Positions 8,881 to 16,251 are shown, counted from the first letter of the stretch. The stretch is DNA of 24,000 bases from Methanobacteriota archaeon (GCA_017885655.1 JAFNFQ010000029.1:2061-26060); one strand, 5' to 3'. The notes: generated from the sequence alone by a model not told the origin. Program-made: numbers and translations.

Positions 8881-8973
8881 CCGCAATCTACTTCAGCAGG
8901 TTCGCGATAGGGTTGCACAAGCATCCCTCCACAACAAGGCCGTCCTCTTTGATTATGGACGGCCATATTTTTT
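8881..8973 (-). repeat. dispersed ~92-bp element, copy B
   Basis: Perfect 8-bp stem GGCCGTCC-TCTTTGATTAT-GGACGGCC followed by ATATTTTTT; minus strand reads ...WPSIIKEDGLVVEGCLCNPIANLLK*. Confidence 0.7.
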
Positions 8974-9109
8974 CATATTCGTGCTGGGCCTGTCTGCCGA
9001 TTGTTAACAGGCGTGGATGTGCAGCTATCAACGCCCACAGACCTGCAGTGGCAACCCCCTCTGGATTCCTCTCCGCAGGAGCGACAGCACACGCACCGAC
9101 AACAGAAAC

Positions 9110-9118
9110 CCTAAATAG
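9110..9118 (+). promoter_or_regulatory. archaeal TATA-like box for the UFM1-like operon
   Basis: CCTAAATAG about 35 nt upstream of ATG 9149. Confidence 0.45.
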
Positions 9119-9148
9119 CGCGCTCAACATGGCAAACTCAGGTGTCTC

Positions 9149-9394
9149 ATGCCCCAAGTCGTGCTGCGTTTTGTCTTCATAAGTGAAGCGGAAAAGCCCG
9201 TGGTCACCCTCAAGGTCCCCGACGACATGCTCTTCCAGGAAGCCTTCGTCCTGGCCGCGAAGAGGCAGAACAAGGATGCGACGGTGCTCAGCGCGACCTT
9301 CCCCGGCGGCTCGCCGATCCCAGGCGGCACGGTGAAGGAGATTGCGGAGAGGAGCACCAACATCCACGTGATAGATCCCTCGATCGTCGGGTGA
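9149..9394 (+). CDS. ubiquitin-like (beta-grasp) modifier, UFM1-like, encoded in mature form ending ...IVG
   Basis: 81 aa MPQVVLRFVFISEAEKPVVTLKVPDDMLFQEAFVLAAKRQNKDATVLSATFPGGSPIPGGTVKEIAERSTNIHVIDPSIVG. Aligns by eye with remembered human UFM1 along its length. Heads an operon with E2-like, E1-like and JAMM genes. Confidence 0.88.
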   Translation: MPQVVLRFVFISEAEKPVVTLKVPDDMLFQEAFVLAAKRQNKDATVLSATFPGGSPIPGGTVKEIAERSTNIHVIDPSIVG

Positions 9395-9397
9395 GGC

Positions 9398-9868
9398 ATG
9401 GCCAAGGAAGACGACCTCTTCTACTTTCTCCAGTGCGCGACAGTCGCCTCGCCGCGAGACGATTCTTGGCTCTTGCGGGCGAAGGAGGAGAGGTACGCCC
9501 TCAGGAGGTTCGAGGAGTACCTGAGGTTTCTGGAAGGCGGGAAGTGGTTCAGCCTCAGCCCGACCGGGGACAAGGCGACTAGCTGGACCGGCACGGTATT
9601 CGACGGCCCGCACTCCTGGGACATAGAGCTCGTCCTGAAGGACGCCTATCCCCAGACGCCTCCCGCCTGCCGCATCCCCGAGCTGATGAACTACACCGAC
9701 CGCAAGGTGGACGACGGTGTGCTCGGGCTGAGGCTCTGCGACATGCACATGGAGCAGAACTACTGGTGGGACGACTACTGCAGCATCGCGCTCTACCTGA
9801 AGAGGGAAGTCTCTTACTGGGTGCAGAGCGTGGTCAAGGACATGAGGGGGAAGGGATGGCTTGACTGA
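9398..9868 (+). CDS. E2-like ubiquitin-fold-modifier conjugating enzyme, UFC1-like
   Basis: PRDDSWLLRAKEERYALRRFEEYLRFLEGGKWFSLSPTGDKATSWTGTVF...WDIELVLKDAYPQTPPACRIPEL...LRLCDMH mirrors the UFC1 layout (PRDRELWVQRLKEEYQSL...KICLTDH). Candidate catalytic Cys114 at 9737-9739. Confidence 0.85.
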   Translation: MAKEDDLFYFLQCATVASPRDDSWLLRAKEERYALRRFEEYLRFLEGGKWFSLSPTGDKATSWTGTVFDGPHSWDIELVLKDAYPQTPPACRIPELMNYTDRKVDDGVLGLRLCDMHMEQNYWWDDYCSIALYLKREVSYWVQSVVKDMRGKGWLD

Positions 9869-10616
9869 GCGATACGCGCGTCTCAAGATATTCCCGTTCG
9901 CGGACTTCTCGAAGCTGAAGGAGAAGAAGGTGACCGTCGTCGGCGTCGGCGGCCTCGGCGCGACCTGCGCGGAGATCATGACGCGCTGCGGCGTCGGGCG
10001 CCTGACAATCTTCGACTTCGACAAGCTCGAGGAAGCGAACCTGAACAGGCTGATCTACAGGACTCACCAGGTAGGCATGTTCAAGGTGGACGCGCTCAGG
10101 GAGTACCTCCTCGCGGCGAACTCCGACGTTGAGCTTCTCACCTATCCTAACGACGTCACCGACGGCAAGGGATACGATGCCCTCCTGAAAGAGGCGAGGG
10201 AGTCAGACCTCGTCCTCGGATGCGTCGACTCGTTCCACGTCCGCATATTCCTCAATTCCCTGTGCGTGAGGCTGAAGGTCCCCCTCATCGACGGCGGAGC
10301 CTCCCTTGACGGAATCAACGGTTCGGTGCATTCGATCATCCCCGGCAAGACGCCCTGTTACCGCTGCAACAAGCCCGCCTTGAAGGATGACAGCACAACG
10401 GACCTGAAGAAGGCCGGAGACGGCGCCTGCCACTTCACTTCCCTCCCCACCACCATGGGCATCATCGCGAGCCTGCAATGTCAGGAAGCGCTGAAGTACC
10501 TCCTCGGCTTCGGCAATGTCGCGCCTTACATCCTCTACTATGGCCTGGAGGGGAAGATGCAGAGGTACAACTGGAAACGGGATCCCAAGTGCCCGGTCTG
10601 CGGTGGTGTGAAGTGA
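9861..10616 (+). CDS. E1-like activating enzyme, UBA5-like (ThiF/MoeB fold)
   Basis: VVGVGGLGATCAEIMTRCGVGRLTIFDFDKLEEANLNRLIY, DLVLGCVDSFHVRIFLNSLC, CYRC...CPVC zinc pair, GACHFTSLPTTMGIIASLQCQEALKYLLGFG. TTG start overlaps the E2 stop by 8 nt. Confidence 0.92.
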   Translation: MTERYARLKIFPFADFSKLKEKKVTVVGVGGLGATCAEIMTRCGVGRLTIFDFDKLEEANLNRLIYRTHQVGMFKVDALREYLLAANSDVELLTYPNDVTDGKGYDALLKEARESDLVLGCVDSFHVRIFLNSLCVRLKVPLIDGGASLDGINGSVHSIIPGKTPCYRCNKPALKDDSTTDLKKAGDGACHFTSLPTTMGIIASLQCQEALKYLLGFGNVAPYILYYGLEGKMQRYNWKRDPKCPVCGGVK

Positions 10617-11572
10617 CGGTCAGCGTGCGCATGCAGCGGAGCGCGTTGCGCAAGATCAACATGCACGTGAACGAGGTCGCGCGGTCGCGAGGCGTCGAGA
10701 CGATCGGCTGGCTCCTCGGCTTCTTCGGGAGGAGCGAGGTCTGGGTCTGCGACTCGGTCCCCTGCACCCGGTACAAGTCGCAGAGCAGGTACGGCGCTCA
10801 TGCGGATGCGAGAGAGGAGGTCGAGCTGGCGATGCAGTACCCCCGGAACGTGGGCATCGTCGGCATCTTCCACAGCCATCCCTTCAGGGGCGAGACGGAG
10901 CACGCGGTGTTCCACAGCGCGACTGATGACAGCACGCTGAAGTCCAGAGCCTCCCGCCACGAGAACTACCTGAGCGTTGTGACGGACGGGACGGACACGG
11001 AGTTCTTCGTGCTCAGGGACGGCGCGCAGCCGGTGAAGCCGGAGATCGTCGAATCGATATCCTACAGGGAGGAGATGAAGTCCTACCGCTGCCCGCTCGC
11101 TTTCAGGCTGAGGCGGGAGACGAGCCTGCCCAGAGTCGACTTCGTGCCCGGCTACCTGGAGCAGGAGATGCTCGCGCTCGTCGAGAGGGACCTGCGGGGC
11201 GATGGCCTCAGGGTCAAGAAGGACTCGAACACGATCGAGGTGCCCGCGCTCCAGGGCGGGGCGGAATCGAACTCCCTGGTCATCACGAAGACCGGCTCGA
11301 CCGCCATGATAGAGCTGGAGATGATCCTGGAACCAATGGTTTTCGTCCGTGGCGGGAACGCGGAGGAGCTGCGCACCGCCGTGAAGAACGAGATACTGGA
11401 CGATGTGGTGTTCCTCCTATGGAACAGCCTCGGCGGCGGGAGTACCTCGCTCGATGGCGTCAAGAGCTTCGAGGCGAACCTCGGCAGCTTCCGCGTGCAC
11501 GAGACGAGCCCACTGCCAAGGAAGATATTCAAGCCGCCCAGGGGATCCGCGGTACTAGTCCGCGAAGGATAG
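10613..11572 (+). CDS. JAMM/MPN+ metalloprotease (predicted deconjugase) with C-terminal extension
   Basis: VETIGWLLG Glu, GIFHSHPFRGETEHAVFHSATDD (HxH...SxxD). GTG start overlaps the E1 stop by 4 nt (GTGA). Confidence 0.88.
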   Translation: MTVSVRMQRSALRKINMHVNEVARSRGVETIGWLLGFFGRSEVWVCDSVPCTRYKSQSRYGAHADAREEVELAMQYPRNVGIVGIFHSHPFRGETEHAVFHSATDDSTLKSRASRHENYLSVVTDGTDTEFFVLRDGAQPVKPEIVESISYREEMKSYRCPLAFRLRRETSLPRVDFVPGYLEQEMLALVERDLRGDGLRVKKDSNTIEVPALQGGAESNSLVITKTGSTAMIELEMILEPMVFVRGGNAEELRTAVKNEILDDVVFLLWNSLGGGSTSLDGVKSFEANLGSFRVHETSPLPRKIFKPPRGSAVLVREG

Positions 11573-11977
11573 CTTCGCCCCGCACTTCGCGCAGAACCTG
11601 TCCTCCTCCTCCACCTCGTTGTTGCACGCCGTGCACTTGAGCACCGCGGGGTTGCCGCACTTCCCGCAGAAGTTGTCGCCCACCTGCATCGGCGTCCCGC
11701 ACTTCCTGCAGATCGCCGCCGGAGGCATGGCGGGCGCGCCCCTCGACCTGCGGTAGCAGTCCCTGCATGTGTACTCGATCACTCCCTTGACCTCGACCTC
11801 CATGTACTTGTCCCTCTCGAGACCGCAGACGGTGCAGAACGGATTGATCTTCTTTGTCGAGAAGTCGACGATGCGCAACTCGGGCTTTGGCGGGACTACG
11901 GGGACTTCTGGGGCCTGTTCTTCGGCCTGCTCCTGAGGTTCCTCCATCTCGCCTTCTTGCTCTTCATCGGGGGGCAT
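11555..11977 (-). CDS. multi-zinc-ribbon protein with acidic N-terminus
   Basis: CTVCG...CRDC, CRKCG...CGKCG, CTAC...CAKCG pairs. Converges with and overlaps the JAMM gene by 18 nt. Confidence 0.8.
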   Translation of the reverse strand: MPPDEEQEGEMEEPQEQAEEQAPEVPVVPPKPELRIVDFSTKKINPFCTVCGLERDKYMEVEVKGVIEYTCRDCYRRSRGAPAMPPAAICRKCGTPMQVGDNFCGKCGNPAVLKCTACNNEVEEEDRFCAKCGAKLSFAD

Positions 11978-12250
11978 GATGTTACTTTACTACCCCCGCG
12001 CGCACATAAAATACTTTGCCGCATGGATCCAAGTTGGGCTGCAATGAATTCGGTTTCTGCTCTTTCCCGTGCGTAAGGAATGAACGCGGACTCAGACGCT
12101 AGGTGAGTCAAGATGATTGTCCCGAACAGAAAGGACGGCGGCATCGAACGGGGAAGCTTGGAGGGGCGTGCCCAATTTGAGCTTATCTCGCGACAACCGG
12201 CGCGAGCCACCTCAAGGCTGGTGCCGGCCTTCGCACGACCGTGCTGGACT

Positions 12251-12510
12251 TCCGCTCGTCTGGATCCTGTCTCCGCGCGACCGCGCGGAACGTCCGAACA
12301 ACCGTGCGGAACCTCCAATCGTACGCGCGGAACGTCCGGACGGAAGAAACCGCCCTTTTCGACATCAGAGGGGCTGTTCGAGCGGTCGCCGGCAACCGCC
12401 GGACGACTATCCGCGACCTCCGAACGACCGGATTTCGGCCGGTTTCGGCCCAAAAATGCCCGTGACAGCCGCCCGACGCCTCCGCACAGACGCGCGGAAC
12501 CTCCGCGCGA
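12251..12510. repeat. degenerate 21-bp-period tandem array 1
   Basis: Phased TCC(G) cores at 12251, 12272, 12293, 12314, 12335, then 12419, 12481, 12502. The best copies are GACCGCGCGGAACGTCCGAAC / AACCGTGCGGAACCTCCAATC / GTACGCGCGGAACGTCCGGAC. Confidence 0.7.
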
Positions 12511-12715
12511 CCGAGCGGCGACAGGAACCAGCGCGCCGGAAACAGACTGCGATAGGAAGAAAACAGACGGCGAACCGTCGGCACCGGCGGTCGGTCAGCC
12601 GGGACACGCCATCTGCTGCTCGATTTCCGCCTCCGTGTGGTTTCTCCTCGCCGAGGGCGGGGCGGCGTCCGCGCATGATCATCCAGATAACAGATGGAAT
12701 CTGGTCGGCACTCGA

Positions 12716-15184
12716 TCAACCGTGGATCACGACGGAAATGGTTGTGGTCGAGTTCCCGCCATCGTCGTCGCGGACCGTGAGGCTCACCGCATAGGTCCCG
12801 GGTCCGGGGAAAGCGTGGCTGACCTCCGCCATGGCGGTGAACGGGAAGGTACCGCCTGGGCTCTCTGGCGGGTCCGGCCCGACGCCGTCGTTGAACACGG
12901 TCGAGTTCTGGGGCGTGCTGTTATCCCCAAAGTCCCACTCGAACGTGATGTCGTCGCTTCCTGGGTCCACTGCCGCCGCCTTGAAGCGAACCGCCAGCCT
13001 CGCCACATACGGCGTGAGGTCCACCTCCCACACGTAGGTCCCGGGGTGGTTGACGTTGAACGTGTGGTGTATCCTGACTGGCTCTTCTCCCGGAGACCCG
13101 ACCATGATCCACACGGGGTTCGCGCCATTCGGCTGCCCGTTGATCGGGTCGTCCTCCGGCGTGTACACGATCCTCGCGGAGTAGTTGGCCGAGAGGAACA
13201 GATTCGTCACGTTCGTTGACATCGCCTGATCATCGGGAGAGCCCGGCATCCTGACGATGCGCAGATGGCCGAGCACCGTGTCGTTGATGAAGAAGATGCC
13301 CTCGACGTCGTGCCACTTCTCTCCCGCAACGCGCAGCGTGAACATCCCTGGACGATTGACCTGGACGATCCGCGCGGTCGGCGCGACATTCCTGACGATG
13401 ACCGCTGTCTCATACACCACAAAGGCGCCGTTCTCATCTGTCACAGTGAGGCGGACCGTGTAGTTGCCGTCATCCCCGTACAGGAAGTCGGCGGTGCTGG
13501 TGGCGCTCATCGGCGATCCCGTTGCTGGGAATGTCTCATCCAGGGTGGGCCCGAGTTCGAACTCCCAATGGAATGAGAGGCTGTCGTTGCCCGGATCTGT
13601 TGCGGTGGCGGTCATGCTGCCGGGCGATCCCTCATCAACATAGACCGGTCCGAAGGGGATAATCGTCGGAGGAACATTCTGAATGTGGATCGAGAATGCG
13701 ACCCCGAGGCCACCGCCATCGTCATCCTGAACCGTCAACTCCCCGGCATAGTCCCCGTCTTGCGGGTAGAATGCCGTGAATGTGGATGTGGCGGCGAACG
13801 GGAATGCCCCGAGCGGGCTCTGCGGCGGGTCAGGGCCGGCCCCATCGTTGTAGAACACCCTCGACTCCACGTCGCCGTTTCCGAAGTCCACGGTGAAATG
13901 GAGGTCATCGCTCCCCGGGTCCTGTGCGGTTGCTGTCATGTCGACGTGCGACCCCTCGTCTGCAGTGGCTGGGAATGAAAGTGCGATGATTGTCGGCGGG
14001 AGGTTCTGCACGACCGCGAGCTTCCCTCCGAGCATCCCGACACCGCCATCGTCGTCGGCCGCGATGATCTCGAGCGGGAAGCTGCCGTCATCTCCGTAAG
14101 TCCGCGTGGCGGTCACCGCCTGTCCGCTCGGGTTGAACCACGTGCCGATGAATTCCGGCGGGAGGCCGTCTCCCCAATCCACCGTGACATTCACCGGATC
14201 TGCTCCTGGGTCGGTGACGCTGAACTGCAGCGTGATCATACCGCCCTCTGAAGAATCCGTGACTGAGCCGAAGGTTATTGACGGGGGGACATTCTTCACA
14301 CCAACGTCGGCCAACGTGGAATTCTGCAGTTTGCCATCGGAGACCGTGAGCTTCGCTCTTCCCTTGAAGTCGTCAGGATATGTGTGGCTGACCGTGGCGT
14401 TCATCGTCGTGATGTCCGTGGTGCCGTCGTTCTCGAAGTCCCATGAGTAGGTGAGCGCATCGCCATCGGGGTCATAGGAACCGCTCGCGTTGAACAGGAT
14501 CGGAGACCCCTCGGTGCCGATGTACGGCCCGCCGCCGTTCGCCACAGGAGGCTTGTTGCATGCGCTCCCAATCGTGACCTGCCCAGTCATCGAGAGCGGG
14601 ATATGGGTCCCGTCACCGTCGACCCAGCGCTGGTAGCGCGCCGGGTCCGGGCCATAGTGTGTCAGGTCCACCTTCAGGGTCCACTCGCTGCTCGTCGGCA
14701 GCGGTCCAAGAGCGCCGCCGTCCGTGTTGGTGAAGTAATGGAACTGGCCCTGGGGATTGCGCGCCAGGTTGAACTCCCCGGGGTCGTCGGAGACCGCCAC
14801 TGAAGCTCCTGCCGGGATTCCCTGTAGCTCAACATCCGTCAGCGCATCAGGCGTTCCGCTCCCGTCGACGTTGAAGTGGAATACGAAGTACAGCTTGCTG
14901 CTCCCCGTGTCAAGATAGAGATAGAGCACGCTCACGTAGGCCTCAACGAACGGCGTGTGTGCGCTATCGCTGTAGTAGTTGTAGAACGAGCTGACTGTCT
15001 GCGCTCGCTCGACGGGCTCTACTGGATGGTCCGACCCGCCCTGGGTGACCTCGAACAAGCAGGGCAGCGTCACCGTCTGAGGCGACGGCGGCTGCGGCAT
15101 GTTGTAGCCAGAAATGGAATTCACGAAGAGGCACCCGACCAAAAGTGCGGCAATAATCCTCACGGTCCCCGCCTCCAGACCCAT
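12716..15184 (-). CDS. secreted protein with multiple PKD/Ig-like repeats
   Basis: Signal peptide after MGLEAGTVRIIAALLVGCLFVNSISG (start 15184). Repeats of FNASGSYDPDGDALTYSWDFENDG, VSHAFPGPGTYAVSLTVRDDDG, etc. A longer start at 15301 is possible. Confidence 0.88.
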   Translation of the reverse strand: MGLEAGTVRIIAALLVGCLFVNSISGYNMPQPPSPQTVTLPCLFEVTQGGSDHPVEPVERAQTVSSFYNYYSDSAHTPFVEAYVSVLYLYLDTGSSKLYFVFHFNVDGSGTPDALTDVELQGIPAGASVAVSDDPGEFNLARNPQGQFHYFTNTDGGALGPLPTSSEWTLKVDLTHYGPDPARYQRWVDGDGTHIPLSMTGQVTIGSACNKPPVANGGGPYIGTEGSPILFNASGSYDPDGDALTYSWDFENDGTTDITTMNATVSHTYPDDFKGRAKLTVSDGKLQNSTLADVGVKNVPPSITFGSVTDSSEGGMITLQFSVTDPGADPVNVTVDWGDGLPPEFIGTWFNPSGQAVTATRTYGDDGSFPLEIIAADDDGGVGMLGGKLAVVQNLPPTIIALSFPATADEGSHVDMTATAQDPGSDDLHFTVDFGNGDVESRVFYNDGAGPDPPQSPLGAFPFAATSTFTAFYPQDGDYAGELTVQDDDGGGLGVAFSIHIQNVPPTIIPFGPVYVDEGSPGSMTATATDPGNDSLSFHWEFELGPTLDETFPATGSPMSATSTADFLYGDDGNYTVRLTVTDENGAFVVYETAVIVRNVAPTARIVQVNRPGMFTLRVAGEKWHDVEGIFFINDTVLGHLRIVRMPGSPDDQAMSTNVTNLFLSANYSARIVYTPEDDPINGQPNGANPVWIMVGSPGEEPVRIHHTFNVNHPGTYVWEVDLTPYVARLAVRFKAAAVDPGSDDITFEWDFGDNSTPQNSTVFNDGVGPDPPESPGGTFPFTAMAEVSHAFPGPGTYAVSLTVRDDDGGNSTTTISVVIHG

Positions 15185-15426
15185 GAGTCCAGATTCGCTG
15201 GCAAGCTCATAAGTCTTTTGTAGAGCGTGGGGCGCGGTGGTCTGCATGCTGGGTAGTGGTGCAGAATGAAGGATCGCGAGATTGCGGGGAGGAATTCGCA
15301 CCGGCGAGAGAGATTCCCTGCTTCCTCATGATGAAGTTGAGGAAAGGCACCGCAAGGTCGAATAATCCCCGGTCCAAGTAGAAAGCGTGGCTCCCGCGTC
15401 AGTCCTCTTGTTCACCTGATCGCAGC

Positions 15427-15624
15427 CTAGTCCTTTGCCGCCTTCTTTCTCGCATTGCCTTCGAGCGATATCCCCTTCACCCTGACGTCCCCTTGCCTGC
15501 AATCCTCTTCGAGGTATGTGACGTAGCCCGAGCCGACGTTCAAGTGCACCACGTGCACCTTCTTGTTCACCTTGATCAGGGGCTTCGTCGCCTTCTTCTT
15601 CATCTTGGCTTCCTTGCGCTCCAA
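15427..15624 (-). CDS. small basic hypothetical protein
   Basis: 65 aa MERKEAKMKKKATKPLIKVNKKVHVVHLNVGSGYVTYLEEDCRQGDVRVKGISLEGNARKKAAKD. Non-repetitive composition; start could be internal (15603). Confidence 0.45.
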   Translation of the reverse strand: MERKEAKMKKKATKPLIKVNKKVHVVHLNVGSGYVTYLEEDCRQGDVRVKGISLEGNARKKAAKD

Positions 15625-15721
15625 TACCCACGGGGGCTACTTAAAGGGTCTGCCGAGAATATCAAGCGTTGTCGTGCACGAATGCGAATTGGACTTCGAT
15701 GCATCCGGAGCAAGCTCGGGC

Positions 15722-16251
15722 GAGTGCGGTGGAAGCCGCTCCAGTGTGGGGGGAGCAGCTCCGCGTGTGGATGGAGGTCGGACGAGCGTGGGGCGAGCTG
15801 CTCCACATGTGGGCGGAGTCGCTCCGAGTGTGGAGGAAGTTCGTCCGCGTGTGGATGGATTCTCACCAAGTGTGGACGGAGTCTCGGAACACTCGGACCG
15901 AGCTTCGAAACATCGTCGCGGATGCGGAAAACTGCACCGGAAGCCCCGGAGAGTGTGGAGCGAGCCGCTCCGTGTGTGGACGGAGTTCCTCCGCACGTGG
16001 ATGAAGCCGGTCCGCGTGTGGACGGGTCCTCTCCACGTGTGGACCGAGGCCGGGCGAGTGTGGGCGGAGTCTCTCCGCGTGTGGACGGAGGCGGAGCGAG
16101 TGTGGACGGAGCCCGGGAACATTCTCGCGTATATACGCGCAAGTATCGATATCCCCGGAAAACGCGGACGGAGTCCGTGCGCGTGTGGACGGAGTGTCTC
16201 CACATGTGGACGGAGGCGGAGCGCGTGTGGACGGAGTCCGTGCGAGTGTGG
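15722..16251. repeat. 21-bp-period tandem array 2, ~22 degenerate units, with one interrupted section
   Basis: GTGTGGACGGAG-type cores. The 'GG' of GTGTGG sits at 15790, 15811, 15832, 15853, 15874, 15895, then 15957, 15978, 15999, 16020, 16041, 16062, 16083, 16104, then 16166, 16187, 16208, 16229, 16250. Confidence 0.9.

Noticed and set aside
8888-10024. 378-aa minus-strand ORF
   Set aside because: Mostly antisense to the well-supported Ubl, E2 and E1 genes; low-complexity composition. Only its extreme 3' end (8888 to ~9050) overlaps the dispersed element, treated separately as a relic.
10462-10960. minus ORFs opposite the E1/JAMM junction
   Set aside because: Antisense to motif-supported genes; no recognisable features.
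9149-11572. Interpretation as a SAMP/UbaA sulfur-carrier (thiamine/Moco/tRNA thiolation) locus
   Set aside because: A dedicated E2-like gene, a UBA5-type E1 signature and absence of sulfurtransferase/biosynthetic genes argue for protein conjugation, though sulfur-carrier use cannot be excluded without assays.
12113-13219. 368-aa plus ORF (and 12117-12794)
   Set aside because: Runs through the 21-bp array and then antisense into the PKD gene; Arg/Pro-rich composition typical of a spurious frame.
15722-16251. CRISPR array
   Set aside because: Units are contiguous 21-bp degenerate repeats without unique spacers, and no cas genes are present in the window.
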